The notes beneath the pieces were generated by a model, which ran no database searches, had not been told where the DNA came from, and was given only the letters and a program-made list of their open reading frames with translations. Below, one piece after another: positions 18,772 to 29,121 of a DNA stretch of 64,000 bases (positions within the stretch are counted from its first letter, which is position 1; each line of letters starts with the position of its first letter). The stretch covers positions 96,001 to 160,000 of IMG/VR virus record IMGVR_UViG_3300042562_002450. One strand, given 5' to 3'. Both the position numbers and the translations under genes were made by a program. This DNA is from a virus.

Positions 18772-19460
18772 AGAAGATCTCCTGGTGTGTATTTTATATT
18801 CAAAGTAAATAAATGATTTCCTGATTCTTTAATATATTCTGGAATTTTTAATTTAAATTTAATGCTGGCTTCTTCAAATCTTTGAATAACTCCTGCATTA
18901 TAAAGTAAAGGAATTGGATAATCAGAAGAAGATCCAAGTTTGCTTTTAATTATATGCTCAGTTGTGATTTGAATCTTATATCGATCACCCTCTAACGCTG
19001 CAGTAAAGTTATCATTAAGAGTGAATAGATTATTAACTGTATCGTAACTAGTAACAGTTCTTTTTTCTCCATTAGAAAAACCTGATAGCATTTCAATTTC
19101 TGACCCTGTAAAAATATCTCTTGTTTCTTTTCTTGAAATATCAACTAGTCTCCGGCTATCCTGTCTATATACTTCACCATAAAGTAATATATCTTGCTTG
19201 ATACACAGACCATAACCAGGATAATTATCTGCAAACCATAAGATTTTTTCAAAATCATATTCTTTGGTTTTAGTGCCATTATAATAATTATCATAAGGAG
19301 AGATGAACAATCCACAATCGACTATTGGCTTATTTGAATTGTGATTTATCTTAATCTCTAGGAAATCTGTTTCTGATTCTTTCTGTAATATACCTAGGTC
19401 TATATTGTCACGAATAATCTTATCATTTATTTTAAATGTTATAGCTGTACTGTTACTCAT
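18768..19460 (-). CDS. Virion structural protein (start likely ATG 19460, not 19490)
   Basis: ATGAGTAA overlap with upstream stop; EIEMLSGFSNGEKRTVTSY module shared with the 769 aa protein. Confidence 0.5.
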   Translation of the reverse strand: MSNSTAITFKINDKIIRDNIDLGILQKESETDFLEIKINHNSNKPIVDCGLFISPYDNYYNGTKTKEYDFEKILWFADNYPGYGLCIKQDILLYGEVYRQDSRRLVDISRKETRDIFTGSEIEMLSGFSNGEKRTVTSYDTVNNLFTLNDNFTAALEGDRYKIQITTEHIIKSKLGSSSDYPIPLLYNAGVIQRFEEASIKFKLKIPEYIKESGNHLFTLNIKYTPGDLL

Positions 19461-21762
19461 ATGATCCATTCCCGAATTCCTTCTCTCCATACTTCATACT
19501 AGGTAAACTACTTGAGTAGTTAAATGGCATGAATCCTAGAATCTTCGACCCAAGTCTAGATATCCCACCGACTATAGGAACAATCTGAACGTAATAATTT
19601 TTATCATTTTCTAAATTTTTTAATGTAATACTTGTTCTTGTTCCTGGCTCTGATGAATACTTCTGAAGGTTATCTGGGCTATTGCCAAGATAGATATCAT
19701 AATAATTGGCATTAATTAAACGCCATTCAAGATAAGCCTCTTTATCTCTAGGAGTAATATTTAGTATCTCTGTAGATTCATCATAGTATTCTATTATAAT
19801 AAAAGAACCACTTGAAGTATGTCTCTTAACTATCTCTTCTACTTGTTCTCTTCCAAATTCACCACCAAGCTCTTTTAGTATATATCTTGGAAGGTTAACA
19901 ACAATCGTTCCCATTCCAGGATATGCTTTCCCATCCCAGTTCCCTAGATCCCAGTACCATTCAGATTCATTTTGAAGTTTAATTGCCGAGCCTATTTGCT
20001 CTTTTGCAATTCCTCCACCTAATATTCTTGTGTCAAGCAACTCGATATCGGGAATTGATAATGTTTGTAATATAAAAGCTTCTGCAATTATTAAATAAAA
20101 TCGGCCTTGTGCAAGTGATTCCCACCCGCCATAAAAATAGCCAGATGAAGTATAAGAAGAAACTTTTTTAATAATTCTATAAACTGTTTCTTTTTCTATA
20201 TCTTGACTTGCACTATTGGTTAAAGATAATGTCTTAAGTAATGAGTTATAACCTGAAATTTTTGTTTTAAAACCAGAGTTAGGTCCAGAAAGTAATTCAA
20301 TCTCATAACCTGAATAGAAATCAGATTCCGAAAGGTTTGGATCTGAAAGAGTATTGTGAGAACCACCTGCAGCAATGCCATTAAAATTTGTATATCCTTG
20401 TGTCTCTGATGATTCTAGAATTGAATCATCATTATCAATAACAAGATGATGTACTCCTCTACTACTAGCATTTGGTACCATGTAGAAGATTATTTTCTTA
20501 CCTAAAATATCTGGATTTATATTAGGATTAACTGAAAGGTCATCATATGAATAGTATCTTTCAACGTATCGATAAGAAGCATAAACATTACTACCTTCTT
20601 CTATGTCCCTGTCTAATTGAAAGAAACCTGAGTTTGAAGATACAGATTTTATTGCATTCTTTTCATAGAAGATATCACTAACAAAACCTTGTTTTGTTAT
20701 GTATGTGTCAGAGTCAGGGTCATCCGTAAAAGCATGAGTTATTGCTCCATCTTCTTTTTTTACTACAATGTAAAAATAGAACTCTTGAATTCCTAAATTT
20801 GATATTGGATTAATATCAAGATGGAAAAGACTTGAGTTTATTCTTGTTGCTTTCTGTTCTTTTATTACTCTATAAGGAAATGCTGGATTAAAGAGCTGAG
20901 TGTAGTATTCAGGTACCCAATATTTTTTTCCATTATAGAAGAAGTCGCCTGGGGTGATTTTAAAATTCCATCGATCTTGCATCCCACCTAGTGCTGGAGC
21001 TTCTACTGATATCTTGCTTTGCTTCCTTCTTTTAAACCAAAATCTTTGAGAGTCAGTGGATGGTGTTGGACTTTTATTATAAGAATCAAAACCAACTTTT
21101 ACTGAGTAGCTATTCCCAACTTGAGTAATTGTATACTCTCTTTTCTCTGAAGAAGAAGAGTAAGATGCTTGCTGATAAAAAATTCTAGAATCAAGAAGAC
21201 TCTCGACGACTAGTTGATTGTCGAGGTTCTTATATCTAACATAGTATATTTCATATACTTCTTCTTTTATATTGCAAATTAGATTTGTATATATCCCTTT
21301 TTTAGAATATCCAATGGTTGCCGATTCATCATAATAAGACCAGAGTGTTTTACTAACTGGAAGCTTATCTTCATTTAGTAGTTCAATATTACTTATATTC
21401 TGAACATGACTTAAGTCATGCCAGTAGTAAAGTGGAGTATCTACTCCATCTGTATTTTTTACAACATCTGTAATATGAAATCCAGCATAGTCGATAACAA
21501 TATCATCTACTCTGAATTCTTCTTCTTCAATGCTTTCTTTTGAGTTACGACTAATAACATTAGACTTATCTATGATTAGAATATTTTTCTTTGTATTAAT
21601 CTTTGGAGATGAGATATATGAAACCCCTAGACTTTGATTCGCATAGCGAGACCCTAGTCTTAAGAATTCAATCTCATCTTTAACATTAATTCTAGTATCA
21701 AATTTCTTTTCAATACTATGATTATTTAAAGTATAATTAAAGCTAACAGAACCAATTGGCAT
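19453..21762 (-). CDS. Baseplate-associated protein with C-terminal fibronectin type III domain
   Basis: 769 aa; AYLEWRLINANYYDIY..ITLKNLENDKNYYVQIVP is the FN3 signature; GGAG ribosome binding site. Confidence 0.6.
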   Translation of the reverse strand: MPIGSVSFNYTLNNHSIEKKFDTRINVKDEIEFLRLGSRYANQSLGVSYISSPKINTKKNILIIDKSNVISRNSKESIEEEEFRVDDIVIDYAGFHITDVVKNTDGVDTPLYYWHDLSHVQNISNIELLNEDKLPVSKTLWSYYDESATIGYSKKGIYTNLICNIKEEVYEIYYVRYKNLDNQLVVESLLDSRIFYQQASYSSSSEKREYTITQVGNSYSVKVGFDSYNKSPTPSTDSQRFWFKRRKQSKISVEAPALGGMQDRWNFKITPGDFFYNGKKYWVPEYYTQLFNPAFPYRVIKEQKATRINSSLFHLDINPISNLGIQEFYFYIVVKKEDGAITHAFTDDPDSDTYITKQGFVSDIFYEKNAIKSVSSNSGFFQLDRDIEEGSNVYASYRYVERYYSYDDLSVNPNINPDILGKKIIFYMVPNASSRGVHHLVIDNDDSILESSETQGYTNFNGIAAGGSHNTLSDPNLSESDFYSGYEIELLSGPNSGFKTKISGYNSLLKTLSLTNSASQDIEKETVYRIIKKVSSYTSSGYFYGGWESLAQGRFYLIIAEAFILQTLSIPDIELLDTRILGGGIAKEQIGSAIKLQNESEWYWDLGNWDGKAYPGMGTIVVNLPRYILKELGGEFGREQVEEIVKRHTSSGSFIIIEYYDESTEILNITPRDKEAYLEWRLINANYYDIYLGNSPDNLQKYSSEPGTRTSITLKNLENDKNYYVQIVPIVGGISRLGSKILGFMPFNYSSSLPSMKYGEKEFGNGSYE

Positions 21763-22018
21763 TGCTTAATTCTCCAAAAACTTCATCACCACCAACAATT
21801 AACTCATCGCGTGATCTAAGATATAATGCAGGCACCTGACTAACAGGGGAGATACCAACAAGATTATTATCAATATAAGATTCTATTTTTCCTTCATTAT
21901 CAGATTTTACATAAACTAGCGTTAAGCATCTAGTCCATTTTTCAGAATCTTTTTGGCTTATTATCTTAAGTAGAAATGAGCAAATAAGGCAATCTTCTGA
22001 TAGAAATAAGTAATTCAT
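21743..22018 (-). CDS. Small protein resembling part of a LamG/ConA fold
   Basis: 91 aa; KWTRCLTLVY..IESYIDNNLVG..LIVGGDEVFGEL; GAGGT ribosome binding site. Confidence 0.4.
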   Translation of the reverse strand: MNYLFLSEDCLICSFLLKIISQKDSEKWTRCLTLVYVKSDNEGKIESYIDNNLVGISPVSQVPALYLRSRDELIVGGDEVFGELSNANWFC

Positions 22019-22025
22019 TTAAACC

Positions 22026-22071
22026 TCAAGTGATAATTATGATATTCTATCACTTGAAGTTTAATAATCAA
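22026..22071 (-). promoter_or_regulatory. Promoter overlapped by a 10 bp inverted repeat
   Basis: TTGATT, 16 nt, (TGA)TAGAAT at 22071-22044; inverted repeat TCAAGTGATA (22026-22035) / TATCACTTGA (22048-22057). Confidence 0.5.
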
Positions 22072-22081
22072 AGAACTTATT

Positions 22082-24787
22082 TTACGACCAAGAACTTGCT
22101 CTAGCATATGTCATATTGAAAATCTCAAAAGAGTCAAAAACAATGCCTGTACTGCTTAGTGTAACATTTATGATTGGCTGAACAAATCTAGTATCGACAG
22201 GGAACATTAATCCTGTATATCCAGAAGTTCCTACCATCATTGCTTTATAAAAGTTTTCATCCATTGATGTATTTAATAGAGAGAAACCGCTAAGGATAAA
22301 ATATCTAGTACCAAGGTAAGCATAGTCTGCGCTATAGCAATCTACGCCAACAGAGGCTCCACCTGTTGCCCCTCCTCTTATAATATTAATATGCCCAGCA
22401 ATACCAACATTAATATTTACTGGTAGCATTTTCTTAGAAACAATAGTGCCATCTCCAACAATCTTGAATGCTCCTTTACCCATAGCTCCTGGTAGCGTAT
22501 TGTCAAAAGTAACAATAGATGATCCTGCTTTAACAACGTATTCATTAAGGATTTCATCTTTTAAAGACCAGTCATTAACTGTTGAACCAGAATAACATAT
22601 TGCATTCTTGGATACAGTCTGAACTGTTTTAATCAATGAAGCGCCTGTGTACTCAGTTGTTTTTATACAATTAAAGAAATTTACATTCTCTAATATTCTT
22701 AGATCATTAGCGCTAGAAGTTATCTGTATCGCGGTATTTAATGAAGAACAATTAACTTTAGAAATAACGCAATTGCTTGTATTTGCTAGTATTCCAATTG
22801 CTGCATTTTGAATAAGGACATCGCAGACTTTTGATCCTGACCCCATACTTATCAATGTTCCAGTACCAGTTATTGTTGTAGAATTTCCTGCACCCTCAAG
22901 AATAACATTTGCAGGAAGTGTAATCGTATTACCTAGAATATTGTAGTTACCAGCAAGAACTTTAATTGTTCCACCATAAGCAACATCATCAAGAGCTGAT
23001 GTGAAGGTACTATAGCTTTGCCCGTTATACTTACCAAAACTATTAATTCCATCTCCGATTACTACGGTATATCCTGAGAAAGCCCATGGACTTATCCACT
23101 TAGATCCATTGTAAAAGACAATAGCTTTTTCAAGAGAACTATATAGAAGCTTCCCTTCTTCTGCTGTAGTTCCAGCAGTAGTCCGTGGAATGAATGTTAG
23201 TTCATCATTAATGTATACTTTCCCTTGCATGAAGATTGTATCTGATGCTAGATGGCCTAGTACTATATTTCCAGAAGTTCGAATGTCTCCTTCGAGAAAG
23301 ATATTTTTACGTGCTGAGTTTAGGTCACTGACTGCACCTTGAATCCATAGTCCACAATCAATTATACCTGTAGTTAAGCCACCGTAAGCATGATCAATGT
23401 TATATGTTTTGAATTTAGCATATTTAATTTCTGGACCTTTGGCTATATTTCCAAAGTATAAAGAATTAGAGTCTGAGTCAACATTGTAGTTTTCATGAAT
23501 TGAATCACTTGCACCTGTTGAGTTACTGCCAATTACAACATGGCCTCTGATTATATTACCTCCAGCTCCTTTATCTGTATCAGTAAAACCATCTCGATGA
23601 AAATACATAGAGTGATCATTATTAATAATGTTAGAAGGGCCATAATATTTAGATCTATTTGTGATGCTTACGGTTCCAGTTCTAAGGTCTAATAGATTTT
23701 TGTGACTAATTAATCGGGTCATATCGTTTCCGACACCCGTATTGCCATAGACTATTTGAGTAAGGCCACTGAGCTGAGTTGCTATACTATTTGCAGCAAC
23801 GACAATAACATACTTACCAGATGCTACATTTAATATAATATCTGACTCAGTTTGCATTGTGAATTGATACTTTCTAGCTGAGCTTGAAGTTGCAGCCTGA
23901 AGGAAAATGATACCTTCAACTTCTCTTTTAGTATTCCAATCATATAACTTAATTAAGTTTAAAGGTATTTGTTTTGAAAATCCATTAGTATCATCAGCAT
24001 CTAATCCCAGTCCATCAAGACCAAAGAAAAATTTTGGTAACTCATATTGACTATTAAGGCCAACACTAGAAACCTTATTCGAAGCAGAGAAGTCAACAAT
24101 AGCACCAAGCTTATCGTACATCTTAGTTCTTACTGGTAATGTAACTTCATAAATCTTAGCATTAGAATCGATAACACTAATTGAAACAAATGGTCCATCA
24201 TTTTCAGCTTGTGCTAAATTTGGGATTGTATTTTCTGATGCAGATTCAAGAGAAGAACCTCTTCCTGATGTGACTTTTTTAAATATAATACTACCGCCCT
24301 CAGATGGGGCATGAGTAACTAGTTTCCTTCCTCTTTTAATATTCCCAGCTTCAACATAAGAAGATACTATAGTCCAGTCGCCTGGGGTCTCAAGTAGTTC
24401 TACTGTATTCTTATACTGACCAATAGAGACTGATGAGTCAGAACTAAGATCGATCAAGTCGTTAAGTGATCCAACTGGAATCATATCCATCTCGTGCTCA
24501 ACAGCACCCAGAGTTAGATTCTGAGTATATCCTGTCAACTCATAGGCGGGAAGTATGTGTGGATTTAATTTACTGAAGTCACCAAGATTTCTAGCGAGTG
24601 TAGCGACCCATGTATTAAATTGCCCTTCTTCTCCTGCGAGATCTCCTATCTTGTTTTCAAGATATTCTATAGCAGAATCTGCTTGTCTCATCATCCCTTG
24701 TAGCTTTTCAGCTGTCGGAGATTCACCAGGAACAAATGATGTTACTAGAGGAGTAAGGTCACGGATTTTATCATTCTTATATGTCAT
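22082..24787 (-). CDS. Tail/baseplate protein with short beta-helix (pectate-lyase-like) and CBM-like domain
   Basis: 901 aa; ALDDVAYGGTIKVLAGNY..ITLPANVILEGAG is a typical beta-helix start. Confidence 0.6.
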   Translation of the reverse strand: MTYKNDKIRDLTPLVTSFVPGESPTAEKLQGMMRQADSAIEYLENKIGDLAGEEGQFNTWVATLARNLGDFSKLNPHILPAYELTGYTQNLTLGAVEHEMDMIPVGSLNDLIDLSSDSSVSIGQYKNTVELLETPGDWTIVSSYVEAGNIKRGRKLVTHAPSEGGSIIFKKVTSGRGSSLESASENTIPNLAQAENDGPFVSISVIDSNAKIYEVTLPVRTKMYDKLGAIVDFSASNKVSSVGLNSQYELPKFFFGLDGLGLDADDTNGFSKQIPLNLIKLYDWNTKREVEGIIFLQAATSSSARKYQFTMQTESDIILNVASGKYVIVVAANSIATQLSGLTQIVYGNTGVGNDMTRLISHKNLLDLRTGTVSITNRSKYYGPSNIINNDHSMYFHRDGFTDTDKGAGGNIIRGHVVIGSNSTGASDSIHENYNVDSDSNSLYFGNIAKGPEIKYAKFKTYNIDHAYGGLTTGIIDCGLWIQGAVSDLNSARKNIFLEGDIRTSGNIVLGHLASDTIFMQGKVYINDELTFIPRTTAGTTAEEGKLLYSSLEKAIVFYNGSKWISPWAFSGYTVVIGDGINSFGKYNGQSYSTFTSALDDVAYGGTIKVLAGNYNILGNTITLPANVILEGAGNSTTITGTGTLISMGSGSKVCDVLIQNAAIGILANTSNCVISKVNCSSLNTAIQITSSANDLRILENVNFFNCIKTTEYTGASLIKTVQTVSKNAICYSGSTVNDWSLKDEILNEYVVKAGSSIVTFDNTLPGAMGKGAFKIVGDGTIVSKKMLPVNINVGIAGHINIIRGGATGGASVGVDCYSADYAYLGTRYFILSGFSLLNTSMDENFYKAMMVGTSGYTGLMFPVDTRFVQPIINVTLSSTGIVFDSFEIFNMTYARASSWS

Positions 24788-24794
24788 ATTTCAC

Positions 24795-27700
24795 CTATAC
24801 ATTGATATCGATATATGTAGCTGTATTAATTTGAGATCTCTCATAACTCAAAGGAGGGGTTGGTAATGTCCATGTCCCTGTCTGAATTGGAGAGTACTCA
24901 CATGTTAAGCTTACAATGTTTGAATACACTCTAGCACCATCTATGTCAACAAAAGCTCTTGCTTCAATATTCTTCTTAGCTACGACATAAAAGCCTCTAA
25001 GGCTTGGTTCATAGTTTGGAGCATATGGATCAAAAGGTTGAGGTAACTGCTCGCTAAAACCAATAATGGATCCAGCAAGATATTCTCCACGAACTGGAGC
25101 TCCATCTTTATATAAAAGGACTAAACGTCCACCTTTTCTTGTAATGCTATTATATGGTAAAAAGTTATCGTTATCATCTAAAATTTTAAATATTAAAATA
25201 TTAGCAAGATCACCTTGTATGGTTTCACTTAGCTTTAATGAGTAATAAGGGAATCCACCTTTAGTGCCATAGTTGTTCTCTAAAGAACTACCTGCAGTAG
25301 AGATAGAAAGCCCAGCCTCATAAAGATCAACGCGCATACCCATATCTTCAAGTCGAGAAGATGGGATGTATGTAGTTGAGACGTAACCATCTGAATTTGT
25401 TACTAAAGCCTTATCTCTAAATGCACCTGCACCATTAATGAATTCAAAATTAATCTTGGTTCCTGATACTAGTTCATCATCTTGTGTCAATACAACTGCA
25501 GATATCTCTGCAGTTTCAAATACGTTAATTGCTTTAGATGCAAATTCCGCAACAATCTGACTTGGTATTATCTTTTTTCTATCAAGATAAAGGAAACCTG
25601 CATTCATATTCTGCTTAGTTAAATTAAGATCAATGCTCTTTGCAGTCCAAAGATTGTTTGATTCTTCTGGTTCAAATTGGATTTTAAGTGTTGGTTTATA
25701 GCCAGCAAGTACTCTTAAATACTTGCCAGGAATTTGTCCTGTTATATTATTTCCAAATTTAATTAAACCAAGAGCAGGGTCTACTTCATAAACCTTATCA
25801 GTAGGTCCATATCCTGATATGCTCTTAACTCTTCTCCAGTCTGAATCAAAAGAATTGTCATATTCATCATAAAGAAATATCGAAAAATTCTTAGTATCAA
25901 GTAGTTGAATACTAGAGTAATCTATAATTGGAAAATCGCTTAATCTAAAAGACTGTAATGGATTTCCACTTGAGAAGCCTAAGTTGTCAAGTGTCCCAAG
26001 ATCTGAGAAATTTGGATCTGTAATTCTAGACCCCTTATCTGAAGTATAATCATGATTAAATTCAATCACTGCGGGGTAATCGAAAACATAAGAGATACTT
26101 CCTAGATCCTTATATGGATAGGCTAAACTAACTTCAACTTCTCCTGTTTGGTAATCAACAGCATAATCTCCAATCTCTTCAACGCCTTCTCCAAAAAGAA
26201 AAGAGCCATAGCTTGCTTCACCATATCTGTTTGCTTTTGTTTTTTGTTTTTTAAATATATCTTTTCTAGAAAAAATCATATTAAATTCTTTCAATGGAAC
26301 TGATGGTAATTGAAAAAAATAAGAACCAGCAATCAGATCAGTAGTTATTGGAATTTTCCAATTCTCCATTTTATTATTTTTATTTAGCTTAACAATAAAC
26401 TCATCTTGATTTGAATCAATGTTAGATGGATTTTCTGTGTTTAACTCAACTCCATTTACAATCTTACCAGTAAAGCTTGCTTTCTTTAATATCTTCTTCT
26501 TTTGTAGAGTAACCTTGGTATCTGGATCTTCCTTCATTGAGAAAGCGGCAACAGGTATTCCAATCTTAGGATAATATAAAAGATTGTGATAAGACCTTCC
26601 ATCTTCTGTTTTTTGTTCACTTAGGTATTCAATAATTGATTCATCACTAAATAAATAATACGGAACATTCTCAATATAGTAAGTCCCATGATTTAGTTTT
26701 GCATACCATGACTCTTGATCATTTTGTTTATTTTTATATATCCCATTAACACTTAAGGCATTATCAGAACCAACTCCAGATTCAAAAAAAAGATTTGGAA
26801 TATTCCCTGTTGTTGGATCCCAAAGAGTAGGGACAGAAAGTTCTTTATTCTTTTGATTTTCTGGAAGAAGGTAACCTTCATCCCACTGAAATCCTTCTTG
26901 ATTTTTAAATAGATCTTCTCTCGATGGATTGACGTACTGAGCATAAATTGCTTGGATTGTATCATAATCTTTCTTTACTTTTCCAGCTCCAGCACCTAAT
27001 ACATAACGTACATTATCTATTTTCTTTTGAATAGTAAGATCTGCTGACATAACAATTAAGTCACCAAGGAGAATTTCTCCTGGTATTGTTATAGTTCTAA
27101 TCTTTGTACTTTCAAAAGAAACAATTCGTGTTGGATATCCACCAAAAGAAACAGCACTAAGAGCACAAAGATTTTTGACTAAAACACTTGAATTTAAAGC
27201 GACTCCATTCTCGGGAGTTTCTGAAAAGACTTCTAACCTATATGCGGAGGAGTCTTGTGTTTTTAATTTTAATAAAAAAATCTCTGTAGAGTCAATAACA
27301 ACTGAACCATGTAATTGTCCACCTGAAATATGGATACCAAGCTTTTCTACTGAATTTGGATTAATTGACTCTTCAACTCTTGAGATTAAAGAAGTCCCTA
27401 GTTTTTCTTCTAAGACTAGCTGGTAACCTTTGAGTTCGCTATAGTTAAAATATAAGCGAATTTTCTTTGAAGTATTATCTTCACTTATTAATTCAAAACC
27501 TAATAGCTTTGCATTCTTAATCAAAGGTAACGATAGAGGCAATATAGAGAAATCTAATAACATCTTAAAAGCAGAAGGCATAAGTCTATCTAATCTAAAA
27601 GAAGATCTTTGAGAAAGATTCTCAGTTATGTTCAACTTAATCCCAGCTGTATTATCTTCAAGAGATGCTAGGTTTGTAGATGTATTAATTACATTACTTA

Positions 27701-27809
27701 TCGATGGGACTATCTCATACTTTGGCTTGAGAAAATTATTACCAGTGATGTCAATTGTAACGCCACCAGTAATCTTTGAAGTTTTTGGTTCAATACTGAA
27801 TATTGCCAC
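24795..27809 (-). CDS. Baseplate protein with IPT/TIG-like and Big_1-like Ig domains
   Basis: 1004 aa, GTG start; FSIEPKTSKITGGVTIDITGNNF; YEVDPALGLIKFGNNITGQIP wedge-type motif; AVVLTQDDELVSGTKINF..VTNSDGYV. Confidence 0.6.
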   Translation of the reverse strand: MAIFSIEPKTSKITGGVTIDITGNNFLKPKYEIVPSISNVINTSTNLASLEDNTAGIKLNITENLSQRSSFRLDRLMPSAFKMLLDFSILPLSLPLIKNAKLLGFELISEDNTSKKIRLYFNYSELKGYQLVLEEKLGTSLISRVEESINPNSVEKLGIHISGGQLHGSVVIDSTEIFLLKLKTQDSSAYRLEVFSETPENGVALNSSVLVKNLCALSAVSFGGYPTRIVSFESTKIRTITIPGEILLGDLIVMSADLTIQKKIDNVRYVLGAGAGKVKKDYDTIQAIYAQYVNPSREDLFKNQEGFQWDEGYLLPENQKNKELSVPTLWDPTTGNIPNLFFESGVGSDNALSVNGIYKNKQNDQESWYAKLNHGTYYIENVPYYLFSDESIIEYLSEQKTEDGRSYHNLLYYPKIGIPVAAFSMKEDPDTKVTLQKKKILKKASFTGKIVNGVELNTENPSNIDSNQDEFIVKLNKNNKMENWKIPITTDLIAGSYFFQLPSVPLKEFNMIFSRKDIFKKQKTKANRYGEASYGSFLFGEGVEEIGDYAVDYQTGEVEVSLAYPYKDLGSISYVFDYPAVIEFNHDYTSDKGSRITDPNFSDLGTLDNLGFSSGNPLQSFRLSDFPIIDYSSIQLLDTKNFSIFLYDEYDNSFDSDWRRVKSISGYGPTDKVYEVDPALGLIKFGNNITGQIPGKYLRVLAGYKPTLKIQFEPEESNNLWTAKSIDLNLTKQNMNAGFLYLDRKKIIPSQIVAEFASKAINVFETAEISAVVLTQDDELVSGTKINFEFINGAGAFRDKALVTNSDGYVSTTYIPSSRLEDMGMRVDLYEAGLSISTAGSSLENNYGTKGGFPYYSLKLSETIQGDLANILIFKILDDNDNFLPYNSITRKGGRLVLLYKDGAPVRGEYLAGSIIGFSEQLPQPFDPYAPNYEPSLRGFYVVAKKNIEARAFVDIDGARVYSNIVSLTCEYSPIQTGTWTLPTPPLSYERSQINTATYIDINV

Positions 27810-29119
27810 TATAGACCCCAGGCTTGTTTGTTTGCAGAAAGTGTTTTAGATATGTATCCTATCATTTCAGCTTTTGGTTGGCTAGACACAAAACGATCTC
27901 TAAAATCATCATAGATTATTTTTTCTTTCTGAGAGAACAAAGAAAACTCAGATTCCTTATCTGAGAAATCAATAATACTTGCAGGGGCATGCTCTAGCTG
28001 AAACGGAAATTCCATATATGTATAGCTAACCTGACCTTGACCATTAGGTAGTAGGTTAGAGCTAACTACCCCCTCACTGTAGTTGACTGCATAATATGGT
28101 CCATAAACTTCTGGATCCACTATGTCCTCTTCCTTACCAAAGACTAATGACTCTGAAAAATTAAGAGTTCCTTGTTTGATATTTTTATTTTTAATTTTAA
28201 ATAATCGAGAAAGAGGAACATCTTCATCGAATATTCTAATATCTGAATCTTTTTGTTTAAATGTGAATGCTGGGAGTTCTTCTTTATATGGTCTCTTGTC
28301 TGTTAGTTGGAAAAAAGAACTTTCTTTATTCACCAAGGAACAAAGTGAGCGATGCGTAAGATTTCGATCTGTAATATCAATGATAAGATCTAATTGATAA
28401 TTCTCTTCATTTAAGTAATCTTTATAGAAGATAATTCTAGATGCTGTAACTTTTACTCTTGGCCTGTTTAGATTTAATGAAAACTTTGGATTAACCCTAT
28501 GTGCTATCTTCTTATTTAATGTAAAGCTTTTATTTGTATTTGAAATAATAAGATACTTATCATCTTCTAATGACATAGAATAGTTAACAAAAGAATTTGG
28601 AATATACTCAGCATTAATAATAAAAGTCTGACCTATTAAAAGATCATTAGGATCTATATTCAGAATCACTTCATTTGCGGTATTTGATATAATCTGGAAT
28701 TTTTTATTTGAAATACTTAGAGTTAATCCAGCCAAGTAGTTGATAGGCCATGTATCATCTGTCACAATTAGTTTGTTACCTAGAAACCGCTTTTCTATTC
28801 CATCAATCAATCCCTGATAACTTCTATTATCTGTTATGATATATTCTGTAAACTGAAAAGCTGAATCAGAGAGATCTCCCTCTAATATCTTTTTAAAATC
28901 AATAGAAACAACTTCTTCTTGTTTTAATCCAAGCTCTCTATTTATTCCATTAATAAGACCTGTGTATGATGAATTTGCAACCTTGGTGCTTGACTCTAGT
29001 ATTCTCTTCTTGTATTCAAAGAGCTTCTCTCCAGGAATACGAGTAAGATCAAAAAGCATACCTATCTCATCGGCACTTGTTACTGTATTGAATTTTTCTG
29101 GAAAATATCTTTTTGTCAT
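27809..29119 (-). CDS. Baseplate wedge-like protein
   Basis: 436 aa; DEIGMLFDLTRIPGEKLFEYKKRI resembles wedge LDxxG..RxxGExDxxYRxRI motif. Confidence 0.55.
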   Translation of the reverse strand: MTKRYFPEKFNTVTSADEIGMLFDLTRIPGEKLFEYKKRILESSTKVANSSYTGLINGINRELGLKQEEVVSIDFKKILEGDLSDSAFQFTEYIITDNRSYQGLIDGIEKRFLGNKLIVTDDTWPINYLAGLTLSISNKKFQIISNTANEVILNIDPNDLLIGQTFIINAEYIPNSFVNYSMSLEDDKYLIISNTNKSFTLNKKIAHRVNPKFSLNLNRPRVKVTASRIIFYKDYLNEENYQLDLIIDITDRNLTHRSLCSLVNKESSFFQLTDKRPYKEELPAFTFKQKDSDIRIFDEDVPLSRLFKIKNKNIKQGTLNFSESLVFGKEEDIVDPEVYGPYYAVNYSEGVVSSNLLPNGQGQVSYTYMEFPFQLEHAPASIIDFSDKESEFSLFSQKEKIIYDDFRDRFVSSQPKAEMIGYISKTLSANKQAWGL

Positions 29120-29121
29120 TT

